Positions 1 to 13,641 of a stretch of 64,000 nucleotides of DNA are shown one piece after another. A program made the position numbers and the translations under genes. This DNA comes from Octopus bimaculoides (taxonomy: Eukaryota), in the NCBI RefSeq assembly GCF_001194135.2, contig NC_069004.1, forward strand, positions 21,220,013-21,284,012, given 5' to 3'. The notes under the pieces were generated by a model, which did not search any database, had not been told where the DNA came from, and saw only the letters and a program-made list of their open reading frames with translations. The number at the start of each line of letters is the position of its first letter. Positions within the stretch are counted from its first letter, which is position 1.

Positions 1-1091
1 GATGTGGCTGTGATTGTTTTCGGTTAGGCATAATCTATAACAGCGTTTCTCAACCTGATCATTTCGTGTCCCGTTTCGATTGGAGCCTCTAGCTGTGTAA
101 AGATTTCACCTTCTCCTGTCAGAAAATGGCTTCAGGAGTTGTGAAGGAAGAATTTGTATGTAGTCTGTTTGTGGGAGCTATTCTATTGGACATCTGTCTA
201 ATCATTAAAAGATTTATTTAATTATGAACATAGAAAGAAATTATACATTAATTGCAATTTTTGTAAGCAGTTTTATCCGTAAAAATTTTATTTGCAGAGA
301 GCAGAAATTGAAAGATATATGAAATGGACGTGTGTGTGTGTATGTGAGAGAGAAAGAGGGTAAGAAAGAGAGATAGAGAAAAGCTAAATGAAGTATGGAA
401 TATGTAATTGTTATGCGCTTATAGAAAAACAATTTATATTCTGGAAATTGATACATACCTGTTGAAGATTAAAATGTATGTAAGAGCTATTGTTTTCAAC
501 GCATGTATAATGATAGAGAAACTGAAAGACGTGAAATGTCTCTGTGTGTGTATTTTTGGTGGGATTTTTGCATTTAGCAGGAGTTGGTTTGTGTTTTATC
601 TCTCGATCAATGGCCGGACGGAAAGGCAATCTTTTGAAATGGGTGGCGAATGAAGAGACATGGACAGTTTTATGACTGAACTTCTTTTGAAGTTGTGGTG
701 AGAGGGGAGAATTGATGTGTGTGCAGATGTTTGCATGTGTGTGAGTGTGTATGATGGGGTGTGCACGACAGAGAGTAATGTTGATGGTGTATGTGTATAC
801 GAGAGAGAGAGAGAGAGAGATAACTGAAATTTATCATTCAGTTTTTTTATTTATTATATGTATATATGTATGAATGGCTTCAGTAACACACACTCACATA
901 CACGCATGCACACAGGTTGTTTTAATAGAAAGCGCGTTCCAATCTATGCACCCGTCTCCACATGTGTGCCATTTTTTACACGAATCCACCCAGCTGTTTG
1001 GCCATGAACCTCAAGACAAGAAAGAATACAACGGTTGGCCAACTTCAATTTATATTTTAGATGTATGTATATATGTGTATATGTATATATA

Positions 1092-1130
<39 letters not shown>

Positions 1131-1419
1131 NNNNNNNNNNNNNNNNNNNNNNNNNNNNNNNNNNNNNNNNNNNNNNNNNNNNNNNNNNNNNNNNNNNNNN
1201 NNNNNNNNNNNNNNNNNNNNNNNNNNNNNNNNNNNNNNNNNNNNNNNNNNNNNNNNNNNNNNNNNNNNNNNNNNNNNNNNNNNNNNNNNNNNNNNNNNNN
1301 NNNNNNNNNNNNNNNNNNNNNNNNNNNNNNNNNNNNNNNNNNNNNNNNNNNNNNNNNNNNNNNNNNNNNNNNNNNNNNNNNNNNNNNNNNNNNNNNNNNN
1401 NNNNNNNNNNNNNNNATGG

Positions 1420-2134
1420 TTTACTAAAGGCTGGAATGTCTTTGATGATAAGTTTCCTGTATCAGGGTTGATTTGAGGCTAAATAACAACAACATTATGG
1501 TAAATTTCTATACTAACACCCACATGATTTTCACCTAGAAAAAACCCCCCAAAATTGGATTTTTTGCATGGAATCAAGTACCCCGACCTCCTAATATTCA
1601 GCAAATCCCTTTTTTTGGTTCAGAAAAAATGGGGGTGGGAATTATGGGTAATTTTTGTTGTTGAATGAATTCCTGTGACCTAATATGCTACAAAACCCTT
1701 TTTCGGGTCCAAAAAACGGGGTGGGGTGAGGTGAAAGCCTTTTTTTTTTATCTTAGTGAAAATCATGCAAGTGAAAAGATCAAGGGGGTGGGGTGAAATT
1801 GCCCAGGCTTCTACCTCTCTCCACCCTGTTTTTTTGGACCCCCCAAAAGGGCTTTGTAGCATATTAGGAGGTCACAGGAATTCCTTCAATGGAAAAAAAA
1901 AATTTCCAATGATTCCAGGTTGAGGGTGGGGGTCACCCCTCTCCCCTTCTTTTTACAAAATCAGAATAAGGGATTTGCAGCATGTTAGGAGGTCAGGGTA
2001 CTTGATTCCATGCAAAAAATCTAAGTGAAAATCGTGCAGGTGTTAATATAGAAATTTACCATAATTTTGTTATTTTGCCTCAAATCAACACTGATACAAC
2101 AAACCTATCATCAAAGACATTCCAGTCTGGTAAA
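1420..2134. mobile_element. Foldback/MITE-like element with about 300-bp imperfect inverted arms
   Basis: ggctggaatgtctttgatgata (1429) is the reverse complement of tatcatcaaagacattccagtc (about 2106). Inner pairs continue (tcaagtaccc/gggtacttga, gaattcctgtgacc/ggtcacaggaattc) to a centre at about 1740-1810. Confidence 0.75.
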
Positions 2135-2399
2135 ATCCCTGCCATAAATTTGGTGTGGATGGGTAATATCAAATAATTCGATCACAACATGTATTTAGGC
2201 ATAAATAATAGAAAAATGCATTAAGAATTCAGAATCACTAGTCACATTGAACAAAAATGAGTAGAAAAAGAGTTATGAGGTAAAATGTTGCAAAATTTCA
2301 TGTCAGTAAGTAAGGGAGTAACGCTTCAGCAATAAGAATAAAGAATATATTTCTAAAATGAATGTTTACTTTCTAAGGCAGCGAGCTGGCAGAAATGTT

Positions 2400-3690
2400 A
2401 GCTGAGATAATCTGTGAGAGTGAAGTAGAGTTCCGTGAAGTCAACATAAGGGAACTGGGCCTCCTCAGCTATGATAGACTATTTAGATGAATATGACCTC
2501 AGTAGATTCTGCTCCATCAGGTCACAGAGGGGAAGACCACCCACCATCACCTCTGCAGTGAAGAAAAGCACCACAGAGTGCTGGAGTGACTGGACCGTAC
2601 CCACCCAAGACCTTGAGAACAACAATCAGGTGAAAGGAATGAATGCACATGCAATAGAGGCTAGTATAAGAACCACCTTGAAGAACCACATAGTAAAGTT
2701 TAACAAGAATCTATACATGCAGGTTCAAGGTGCAACCATTGGTGCTGGAGATGTGGCTGGCTTCTTCATGACCTGGTGGGACAGAAAACTTAAGCAATCC
2801 TTAGCAGAACAGTCCACAACTCTTCTACTTTACTGTAGGTATGTAGATGACATTAATATCATAGTTAAAACCAACTCTAGTAACAATAATGTAGAAACTG
2901 AGAGGAATATAATGGAGAGCATCCAGCAAGTACCTAACTCCATCCACCAAAGTATCAAGGTAACTATAGATTACCCACTAGGCACCACAACAATAGACTC
3001 CCCGTCCTTGATGCTGAACTTTGGTTAGAGACTGTGAACAACAGTGTGCAGCTCTTCCACTCCTATTACATGAAACCCATAGCTTTGAAATATGTTGTTC
3101 CCAAGAACTCACCTTTGTCACACAACTTGAAAATTAACATACAGATAGCAGACTTAGTTAGGATAATGAAGAAACATGTACAGAACTTCATGCACTGCAT
3201 GCAATTCTCTGGATATGATTAGAAAGATAGGGTTCGAGTATACAAGGGTGTTAGAAAAAAGTTAGATAACATTATATGTAATGAAACCAGTGGTACCTGC
3301 CCTAGATATAGAAACAAAGACTGGAATAGGGTACAAAGAACTTGTGACAAAGCAAACAGGGTGAATGTGGTATAAAACTGACAAATATCAAGTAGTGATG
3401 TTTGTAGAGGCCACAGCCCTTGGAGAATTAGCCCATAGATTTAGGAAAGCTCTGAAGGAGACCAAACTCAATATTAAAATTGTTGAAAAGCCAGGGAATT
3501 CCATCAGATCACAACTTTGAGAATATCATATGCACCAATGATAACTGCATGATATAAAAGATTAACCCCGGCATTAACTGTAGAACTAGAAATGTAGTCT
3601 ACAGCATAAGATGCATATAAGGTGCTTGTAAAGACATGAACATGACATACATAGGGGCAACATCTAGGAGCATTGCGGAAAGACTATGCT
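2400..3690 (+). mobile_element. Degenerate Penelope-like retroelement (RT + GIY-YIG)
   Basis: ORF 2471-3028 has LYMQVQGATIG...LYCRYVDDINII (RT core). 3034-3222 YYMKPIALKY resembles the PLE thumb region. About 3570-3685 reads INCRTRNVVYSIRC...TYIGATSRSIAER (GIY-YIG). Stops and frameshifts are present. Confidence 0.85.
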
Positions 3691-4845
3691 GAGCTGACTT
3701 TCAATATAACGAGCTATCCACAGCAACACAATGACTAGCAGTAGCTTTTCTAATACTATTTCAATTGCAATAACAGCTAAATTCTCAACATTTACTGTAA
3801 TACTATTTCAGTAACATTTAAACTCTCTCAACAAAATATAATGTCTGTTCATAAAAACCTCGACAGATTTTGTCATTTTCTTCTTTGTACAACTGTTGAC
3901 CTCCAACACTAGAAACACCAGTCAGCACCCAACAGCTAACTGTCAGCTCCCAACATCAGCAGTCATATATAACTCTTAGTAGTTAGCAAATCAACTCAAG
4001 TACAAATGGTCATGACATTCTAACAGCCACACCTTGACGTATTTCTTTTCAAATGTTTTTATGTATACATATTGTTCTGTGTGTTTTTAGAAATTTTCAT
4101 GCATAAATGCACCAAAAATTGTTGTGTTCCTTTTCTTTCCTTTCCTTTTTTTTTTGTCTGATTTTGAAAAGCATCTGTCAGAATGTATTATCTTCCAATA
4201 GCATGAAAATCAATGGGAAAATGAATTTTGCCTTGTAAGATTTCACATTACAGCAAGATTCTAAGAAATGCATTACTTACATACTGTGAGGAATTCCTAT
4301 ATATACATCTATATAATAATCTGCTTTTTTGTTTGCCTGTTATACTTTAGTTATTTAGAGAGGTGGAGTAAAAGTGAGAGAGTAGTGTGAGTAGAGAAGA
4401 AAAAGTAAGGAAGAAATAGAGAAAGATGAATAATAAGGCCAAGTGTGTCAGGTGGTTAGTTGAGGGGGGAGATGAAGAGCGAGAGAAAAAGAGGGAGAGA
4501 GAAGTGTTAAAGATGTGCTATAGGGTGGGGAGGAAAAGAGATATGTTTAGGATATATTATTTAGCAGAGGCTGATGTTTTGATGGTGAGGTTAAAGAAAG
4601 GCTGATAAAGAGAGATGGACAGGGGAAGCAGTTACATTATGAGACAGGGGGGGGGGGTCAGATAGCATTGGTATTGTCAGAGCAGAGATACATCAACAGC
4701 AAGAAAAAGTAGATATAAACAAACAAACAGCTGAACTGAAATGAAATGACCTTTGTTACTGAAAAATATAGTGATGATGATGGTGGTAGTGGTGGTAGGG
4801 ATGTTGTGTTGATAGTGAAAAGTATTTTTTTATTATATTATTCTA

Positions 4846-6181
4846 CTAGCAGAAATACCCGGCTTTGCCCGGGTTAAAGAGAATAATGAAATCTAAAAAC
4901 GCCGTCTAGACTACGCAACCCTCAACTGTTAGTAGCTACGATACCATANNNNNNNNNNGCCGTCTAGACTACGCAACCCTCAACTGTTAGTAGCTACGAT
5001 ACCATATTTCTACATTAATAACTCTCCAATCCATGCCAGCATGGAACATAGACATTAAGTGGAATGCATACATCATCTAGGAGGGCCTTGAAATCAATGT
5101 TACCAACTGGGGACTATGTGTGTCACAGTGATAATAAAAAGACCCAAAGGAGGTCTGCAACGAAATAATTTTACTCAACACTTTGCAAGTGAATCAGTGG
5201 AGGCAAAGATGCGTCTCATTTACTTGACAATTTATGCACCACATTGCAGAAATCACAATGAAAGTATATCTGAAAGGGTAGTCCNNNNNNNNNNNNNNNN
5301 NNNNNNNNNNNNNNNNNNNNNNNNNNNNNNNNNNNNNNNNNNNNNNNNNNNNNNNNNNNNNNNNNNNNNNNNNNNNNNNNNNNNNNNNNNNNNNNNNNNN
5401 NNNNNNNNNNNNNNNNNNNNNNNNNNNNNNNNNNNNNNNNNNNNNNNNNNNNNNNNNNNNNNNNNNNNNNNNNNNNNNNNNNNNNNNNNNNNNNNNNNNN
5501 NNNNNNNNNNNNNNNNNNNNNNNNNNNNNNNNNNNNNNNNNNNNNNNNNNNNNNNNNNNNNNNNNNNNNNNNNNNNNNNNNNNNNNNNNNNNNNNNNNNN
5601 NNNNNNNNNNNNNNNNNNNNNNNNNNNNNNNNNNNNNNNNNNNNNNNNNNNNNNNNNNNNNNNNNNNNNNNNNNNNNNNNNNNNNNNNNNNNNNNNNNNN
5701 NNNNNNNNNNNNNNNNNNNNNNNNNNNNNNNNNNNNNNNNNNNNNNNNNNNNNNNNNNNNNNNNNNNNNNNNNNNNNNNNNNNNNNNNNNNNNNNNNNNN
5801 NNNNNNNNNNNNNNNNNNNNNNNNNNNNNNNNNNNNNNNNNNNNNNNNNNNNNNNNNNNNNNNNNNNNNNNNNNNNNNNNNNNNNNNNNNNNNNNNTCTT
5901 TCTCTCTCTCTCTGAAAGTATCTGTCATTACAGTATCGAAATGTGATTGTTTCAGTTAGTAGAATAGTTTCATTTTTAAAGTGAAAGTATTTGACATGAG
6001 TGTTTTTGTTTCACTTTTGACACGTAATACTTAAATAGTGGAGGAGATATGTTGCTGTGGGCTCGAACTCTGGAAGAAGTTAAAATTTTTTTTTGACTAA
6101 AACACAACTGGAACCCTAAGTAAGGCATCTGTAAAATTTGAATGAAATTGGTTGCGTAGTTCTCAAGTTTTAGGGATTCAC

Positions 6182-6216
<35 letters not shown>

Positions 6217-6242
6217 CCCATTCTCATTTTTATATATATAGA
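4846..6242 (-). mobile_element. Non-autonomous Helitron
   Basis: On the minus strand: A|TCtatatata 5' end at 6242; 3' hairpin cccgggcaaagccggg followed by CTAG|T at 4846; internal (GACA)n; contains an assembly gap. Confidence 0.7.
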
Positions 6243-7439
6243 TATTATTCTTCTACCTGTTCATTCATACTTTAAGCTTTAGTTTGTTAGAAGAGAGGAG
6301 GAAGTGGAGTGAGAGAGAGGAAGAGGGAATGTGAGAGAGAGCAGATAGCCAGTCAATGTAATATGCTGTCACTTTTGTGGTTAGTGGAAGAGAGAGGTGA
6401 AGAGAAAGAGTGAAATGTTAAAGACATGAAGAAGGGAATTATATTGGTTAAAGAGGTAGAGAGAAAGAGAGAAATATAAAGTGCTTAGCTGAGGGAAATT
6501 TTAAAATCATAAAATATATTATTGTGACTGGAAGTGAAAGGCAGATCATTGTTTCTTTCTAAAATAGCTTCTCTTAATCTCTTTAGTTCTGTGGAATTTT
6601 CATGGGTATCATAATATTCCCACTAGTATAATTATATTTATGTATATCTGTAGCATGTCAGGAAAGCTAATTTAGTTGTTGCATCATAGCACAATTGTGC
6701 TATGACATTCTCCAACCAATCAGGGCTAGACACGTATGAATACTAGAGGCAGTTCTCTGCCCATGAAGTGAAGCATGCGTTTTAACCAGTTAGCAGAAAA
6801 ATGGAGGACCAGCAACATCGGGAACAGTTCCTTACTTTCCACACCAACTTTGCACCGCTAGCTCTAAATTTTTAGCCACTCTCAACTTGCTACATCATAA
6901 ACAGCCTATTTCATTTATGTCCACTTTGCTCTGTGAAATTCTGAATGACATCAGCCACAATTCTGTCATATTAAGAGCAGTATATTTTTGTTTAGGCTAG
7001 CTCCATTTTTGTTAACGACTTCCAACTGAATCTATTTTTCAAATGTATGTTTTAAAGCTTTCCCTGACTCATGCACACACACACATGCTATACTCTTATT
7101 ACTTGTTAGCTCTTGTGATAATTTAATAGATTAAATTATTTGTTTAAAAACTGCCTTCTGATATTCTATTACACATGCTTCTCAAAAGCTCATTTACTGG
7201 ACCTTTCCATGAACACTTTCATACTATAAATTAGTCACCACTAAATATCTATTGGTCTGTCACCAACTACTTTACAACAAGGTGTGTTTCTATTTTATTG
7301 CACCACTGGCACTAAAGAAGTTGTCTGAAGGAGGAGTAAAGAGCCCCTTTTATCTTGAATTAGTTCTCTTCAAGGATAGAACAAAATTTTATTGAACTAA
7401 AAATTGACAGTGTTAACTATTTAGTCATCCTGCATTCGT

Positions 7440-7757
7440 ACTGAGAAAATAGATTTAACTCATAGATTTATATAAAATTTATAATAATTTAAGATATGTG
7501 GAGAATCTCTACAATGTCTTGCATTGTGTGACATGGATTATTTTTTATTAAAGTCATCAATGACTGTAGACTGCCAGAATGTTCATGAACTTTCAGGTCA
7601 AAATTTTTAGTCCTAAACCTAGCAGACCATTTATAAACATTACTTTTAGCTATGACACCATCTCCATATGTCATTTGTTCCTGTCAAGCGATAAAACAGA
7701 TGACATGATTAAACATCACCAACTGAAAAATGCTACAAACTTTTTTTACCAACCCAA
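7440..7757 (-). mobile_element. Mariner transposon 5' remnant
   Basis: TA|ttgggttggtaaaaaaagtttgtagc resembles a mariner TIR. ORF 7489-7674 (YGDGVIAKSNVYKWSARFRTKNFDLKVHEHSG) matches the mariner transposase HTH region. Confidence 0.75.
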
Positions 7758-7944
7758 TATATATATATATTGGTCACCAACACTTTTTTCTGCAAAAATA
7801 GGGGTAGCTTATCCTGTTCAGGCTATATTATTAGCATTATCCTGTGTTTGAGAATTTAAAAAATCACTTCTTTGACTTTCTAAGACATCTCAATGCTTCT
7901 AAAAGCAAACTTCGTTTGTTTGTTTACATTCATCGTAATTTGAA

Positions 7945-8023
<79 letters not shown>

Positions 8024-9062
8024 CACTTATTGATAGATAGAAAGATGGATAAATAAATAGATAGATAGATGCATATGTATGTAGTGGAATCTACAATTAG
8101 TAACCCTGTCGTATATGAGGTAAAGTTTAGCTGGTACATGGATCTGTGTCCTGGAGAGCCAAGGAATGGTCTGTAACTATCTTCCCTAAAATAAAATCTC
8201 ATTTTTACAAATCTCTTGAATTTTAAGAGAGTCTTGTTCCACTTGACAAAATTTCTCTTGTGAGCTGTTTCCCATATCTGGTATGGTGATGCTGCTGCTC
8301 ATAGAGGTGTCTTATACTACATCTAGAAAGACCCAGGACTCATCAGACCAGAGCTTAATTTGGTTTCCATGGTGTGTAAGTGACTGAGATTACAATACTT
8401 CCCACTGTTTCAGTGTTTCAAGGTTTAATTTCCCAGCAATAGTTGGAACTTATTTACAGCTGAGTGAATTGGTGAAATGCGAGATGAACATAATGGGGAA
8501 TCAAAACTGCAATCTTACAATCATGAGAGCAACACCCAAATGACTAAGCCACAAACCTTCACATCTTGAAAAGGCCACTTGATTAATTTTGGCATGAAGT
8601 CACTCACAGATGTGCTCAGTCCTCTCACTCCCTGTCTTGTTGTATCCTCTGTCTTATCTACCATTACTTCTACTATGACTTCTCACAGATATGTTCTAGC
8701 CTTGAACTCATAGACTTGCTATCTCCTCTCTCTATCTTTTCTACCATTACTTGTAGAGTGACTTCTGTCCCTTAGTGCTGTTTGATCTCATGCCACCTCT
8801 GCAGATGAACACTCAGCTCACTCCTCTCCCGTTTCCTTCTTTCGTATTCCATATTCTTTCATATTCCATGTGACCAAATTTCAGACTATGCACTAAACAC
8901 TATAACCAATCCTGCCTCTTCAGAATGTCAACCTTTTGCAATTCCCTCTGTACATGTGCCCTTCTTAAAGTCATTGACTTGAAATAGTTAATTTCAGAAG
9001 GTCAGTGAGAGCTTTTAGCACCACTCCTTTCTCTAAACCTAACAAATAGAAATAATTCTTTC

Positions 9063-9264
9063 TAATTTTGGCACAAGGCTAGCAATTTTGAAGAAAGGGG
9101 GAAGTCGATTACATTGACCCCAGTACTTCACTGGTACTTATTTTATCAACCCTGAAAGGATGAAACGCAAAGTTGACTGTGGCAGCATTTGAACTCAGAA
9201 TATAAAGAACCAGAAGTACTGTGAATCATTTCATCCAAAATTGTAACATTTCTGCCGGTTTACC
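9063..9264 (-). mobile_element. tRNA-derived SINE, family A
   Basis: Shares ctggtacttattttat..cctgaaaggatgaa..caaagttgac...atttgaactcagaa with many copies in this window. A second partial copy lies at 9284-9420. Confidence 0.7.
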
Positions 9265-9481
9265 AGATAAAAATAAAGATTTCAAATTTTAGCACAAGGC
9301 CAGCAATCCCAGGAGAGGGGTAAGTTAATTACATTGACCCCAGTGATCAGCTGGTCCTTGTTTTATTGACCCCAGGACGAAAGGTAAAATTGACCATGGC
9401 CGAATTTGAACTAAGAATGACCAAATAGAAATAATGCTAATATGATTAGATTACTATTTTTAATTTTGTATATATTTCTAG

Positions 9482-9558
9482 TTATCAAAGAATATGATTA
9501 TTTCTTCTCGGAGAATGGCGTGATTGCTTACAAAAAGGGTGATTTAATAGGTGAGGAG
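9482..9558 (+). CDS. PMM2: Phosphomannomutase exon (equivalent to human PMM2 exon 3)
   Basis: tttctag|TT ATC AAA GAA TAT GAT TAT TTC TTC TCG GAG AAT GGC...GAG GAG|gtgagt gives (V)IKEYDYFFSENGVIAYKKGDLIGEE. 77 nt, same length and phase as recalled for human exon 3. Confidence 0.93.
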
Positions 9559-9727
9559 GTGAGTTATGTTATATCTTTATCTTTTTCTGTTTATTTGTCT
9601 CTCTCTCCATAGTTGCTATTTTTTGTTACTTCACATTACTTATGCATATTGCACCACTACCCAGTACCCTTTACACATTTCTACACACACACAATCACAA
9701 TCAACACCACACTATACTACACTGCAT

Positions 9728-10200
9728 ACATCATCATCATTTAGCATCTGTTTTCCATGCTGGCATGGGTTAGACAGTTTGGCTGGAACTGATAAGCCAA
9801 AGTGCTGTACCAGGCTTCAGTCTGTTTTGGCTTGGTTTCTATGACTGGATGCCCATATGAACACCAACCATTCCAAAGAATGTACTGGGTTTTTTTACAT
9901 GCCACCTGCACAGGTGCATTTTACATGTCACCAGCATGATTACCATTTATGTGTTACTGGCACTGTCCACGACTACGATTTCACTTAGCTTGATGTGTCT
10001 TCTCAAGTACAGCAAATCACCAAAAGTCTTGGTCATTTGTCATTGCCTCTGTGAGACTCAACATCCAAAGATCATATTTCACTATCTTGAACCACATCTT
10101 TCTGGGTTTACCTCTTTCACAGGTTCCCTCCATAGTTACAAACCCAAACCAACAAAGGTATCTTTACATTCTCATTTGTTAATGTATTCCTTAAGAAACA
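9728..10200 (-). mobile_element. RTE-type LINE 3' tail with (ATG)n end
   Basis: catcatcatcatttagcatctgttttccatgctggcatggg...ctggatgccc. The same tail recurs at about 16500, 19150, 27110, 32310, 34300, 36820, 44255, 61075 and 62215. Confidence 0.65.
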
Positions 10201-10861
10201 TAGAATAATCAAGGCTGGAATACTTTTGATCAGAGAAGGCATGTGGCTTAGTGGCTATGGTATTTGGCTCACGATCATAAGGTTGTGGTTCAGTTCTTGG
10301 TAGCACATTGTGTACTTGAGCAAGACACTTTATTTCTCATGGTTCTAGTTCATTCAGTTGGAAATAATGAGTTGTACCTGTAATTCAAAGGGCCAGCTTT
10401 GCCACACTTTGTGTTATGCCGAGCCTCCCTGAAAACTACGTCAAAGGTGCATGTGTCTGTGGAGTGTTCAACCACTTGCATGTTAATTTCACAAGTAGGC
10501 TCTTCAATTGATCGTATTAAGTGGAACACTCATCATTGTAACCGATGGAGCACCAAGCCAAGGCTACTTTTGATCATAGGTTTGTTCAAACAAGGTTAAA
10601 CTACAGTGAACCATAACATATACTTACCTGAGTCAAAGAAAGAACATTTAGGCAATTGATCAGCTTGCTAGAAATAGCAGCCAAACTATCTTTAAAACAG
10701 AAGATACATTGGCCAAGATATGCCAAAAAAGTAGGATGACTTTGGCTTAAATACATTTGATCATAGATTTGCTCCATCAGAGCTGATCTGGAGCTACAAT
10801 ATGCATCTACAACATACATCTACCATGCCAAACCACACTTCTCCAAACCACATACATATTG

Positions 10862-11065
10862 ATTTTGGGACAGGGCCAGCAATTTTGAAGGANNNNNNNN
10901 NNTAAGTCAATTGCATTGATGCCAGTACTCAACTAATACTTATTTTATTGACCATGAAAGGTAAAGTCAACCTCAGCAGAATTTGAACTTAGAATGTGAA
11001 GACAGGACAAAATGCTGCTAAGCATTTCACTCAGTGTATTAACGATTCTGCCAGCTTGCTGCCTT
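10862..11065 (-). mobile_element. tRNA-derived SINE, family A
   Basis: Family A motifs: aaaggtaaagtcaacctcagcagaatttgaacttagaa...gctaagcatttc...ctgccagcttgctgcctt. Confidence 0.7.
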
Positions 11066-12399
11066 TCCACACCACATACATGTTATCTCATTATATGAGT
11101 CTATGAAGGATCATGCTTCTATGTGGTTACTTGACCTGCCGTAAAATAATAAGATCTCTTCTGTTTGCCTTCACTCTTGAAATTTTAAAATGAAGTGAAA
11201 ATTTTCGAATTTGGTGCATTGATGTAATTGTTCATGCTGAATCTCAGGCTGTTATTTACTTGTTCTAGAAAAGTTTTAAAAGAACAGTTACAGAGGTTTA
11301 AAGTTTGTTAATTTTTTTCCAATCAGAAAACAGGATTTGGAAGCTGTCATTTTGTGTGTGACTACAATCTTATGACAACAAAACATTCGTGGCAACATTA
11401 TGACAATAAAGTATGTTTTAAGCGTTTAATGCAAAAATGACCAAAAAATAAACACGCTTCAAAGAGCAAAATTCTGCTTTAAGCATGCCATATAACCCCT
11501 CATAACTTTTTTATTTTGGGGAGTTTTCAGAAAATCTTTGCAAATTTGTATTCTACATGTGGGAATTCATATGACTATGCTAAAAACATGCGTTTAAAAA
11601 GATAATTAGTTGTTATTTTTAGCACATCTCATGACCACCTCATACTGTTCTCATTTGTTTGACATTCTGATATATTGATGTTCTTCAATATGTTTCTCTC
11701 CATAAACACATTTAGTGGTCTATTGAAAAGAAAAAATTGAAAAAAAAAAATTCTTTAATTCAATATAGTTTCCTTGGATTGATGAGAAGATCAGCTGCAA
11801 TGACGCTGAAGAAATGTTTATAAGATATTGAGGCCTAAATAGGAGATGAAATGTGATGAATTACTGTCTGAGGAGATTCCACACCATTATAATCTGCTTT
11901 CTTACATAATTACATCAAGTTGGGTGTTAATTGCAAACAGTTTTTACAGTAATCTTACATATTAAAACTGAAAATATTTGTGTGCGTGTGTATCGGTATG
12001 TCCTCGTTTTGCCCCAAAACGGCTCAACCGATATTTCTTAAACTTTACATACACATTGCTTATGTGTCTGGGGAGGTTTTAAGTATAAATTGATTTCAAA
12101 AAAATGTTCAGGTAAGCGGTGGGAGGAATAACATTTAGGCGTGAGTGAATGGTGGGAGTAATAGTTTTTAAGCTTCCAAGGGAAATAACCCATTCCCTCC
12201 GGGAAATAACCCATTCATTTTCAGTATGCTTATTTCTTAGTATTTGAACTATTTTAGTTATTTTCTCAATTTATCCAATACAAGGCCTAAACAAGTAAAT
12301 AGTATTCTCCTAAACAATAAATCCACTTATTTCGGTTAGTGACTTATTCGCGCTGCTGAGGGTAATAAGTTTTTTTTTCACAGTTAATTACTTTGCATT

Positions 12400-12720
12400 G
12401 TTATTATCTCATATCTGATTAACCTGTTATTACATATCATGTTTCACGATTTTAGTATACATACCTTATTAGTATTTCCTCCTAAGTTCTGTATACTCGG
12501 GGAGCGCATTAAAGCCCTTTTCAAGGCTACTTTATTTGAATTCTTACTATAGGGTAATTAATTTCATGTTATTATATAACTGACTTCACAATTTGGGTAT
12601 TCATAACTTACTGGGAATTCCTAAAAACAAGATCCTATGTAAGACAGTTCAGTATTTTCAATAAATACACAAAAACTGTTTTAAGGGCTACATACTTTGT
12701 ATTGTTGTTACTGGATTAGC
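12400..12720 (-). pseudogene. Highly decayed GIY-YIG-like remnant
   Basis: Hand translation of the minus strand gives TVFVYLL, then ENTELSYIGSC in another frame, and later NRET*YV. These resemble GIY-YIG motifs, with multiple frameshifts. Confidence 0.35.
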
Positions 12721-13527
12721 GAAACAATTATGAGAACGGAACAAAGTTATTTAAATAAGTTATTTAACGTCTTAGCTTCAGTTTGAATTATGGAAAAATA
12801 TGGATAAGTACTGTTTTTACTTTGCTAAATGATTTTCTACTATTTGAAAATTATATGTATTCTTGTTTTTTATATTATTCATTTGGTTTTTTTTAAAGAT
12901 TATTTTTAATAGATAACTTATTTAACACTAAATTATTTAGAAGTTAGATTTGAATAGTGTTGATATATTTTCGATTATTTTTGATTGATAATATTTGATT
13001 AATAATTAGTCTTTATTGTTTATTATATTGTTAAAGGTTTTTTTAATTAAAACTTAGTATATATAAAGTTTAATCTTTTATTCTTAATAATTTTTTTCAT
13101 TCATAATTTTTTCATTCATATTTTTATTTTTATTTCTACGTTTGTAGAAATAAGTNNNNNNNNNNNNNNNNNNNNNNNNNNNNNNNNNNNNNNNNNNNNN
13201 NNNNNNNNNNNNNNNNNNNNNNNNNNNNNNNNNNNNNNNNNNNNNNNNNNNACTAATTTTATCTTTATTATTATTTTAACCTTAAACTTCGTTCAAATTG
13301 TATTTAAAACGATAATAATTTATGTAAGCTGGTTTTTGTATCTAATATACATGTTAGCATATATTATAATGGATGTAGGGATGATTATGGAATGTTTATT
13401 ATTTTGATATTTTGATATTTTTAATAATTTTTCTATCTTTATAAAATAAGTATTTTATATAAATTCATTTGGTACTTATTGTTGGTTGATATATATATTT
13501 ATTTATTATAATTATTGTTCTATTTAC

Positions 13528-13641
13528 GACCTGACGATTAGCTGTATTTTTGAATAGAATTTATTTTCGATAATTTTAAGTGATTTTAATAGATTTAAAT
13601 TTTCTTTCTATTTGAAAATTAGTTATGAAACACGTGTAGTC
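13528..13641 (+). ncRNA. Type I hammerhead ribozyme motif with very long stem II
   Basis: GAC-CUGACGA (13531-13537), about 19-bp stem II (13539-13559 with 13606-13625), GAAA (13627-13630), palindromic ACACGUGU, GUA cleavage triplet, then GUC closing stem I. Confidence 0.6.

Noticed and set aside
126-155. ATG GCT TCA GGA...GAA TTT|gtatgt as PMM exon 1
   Set aside because: It lacks the catalytic FDVDGTL motif, and no DVDGT or GGSD exon was found before 9482. Exons 1-2 probably lie upstream or in gaps.
874-1476. ORFs spanning N gaps (also at 5116, 22098, 37516, 43779 and 61033)
   Set aside because: Open only because of unknown bases and microsatellites.
4890-5006. Exact 48-bp tandem duplication
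   Set aside because: It straddles a 10-N gap and is typical of a contig-overlap artefact.
4836-6251. tattattct repeated on both sides of the Helitron, like a TSD
   Set aside because: Helitrons do not make TSDs, the motif is low-complexity, and the other two Helitrons show none. A pre-existing tandem repeat is more likely.
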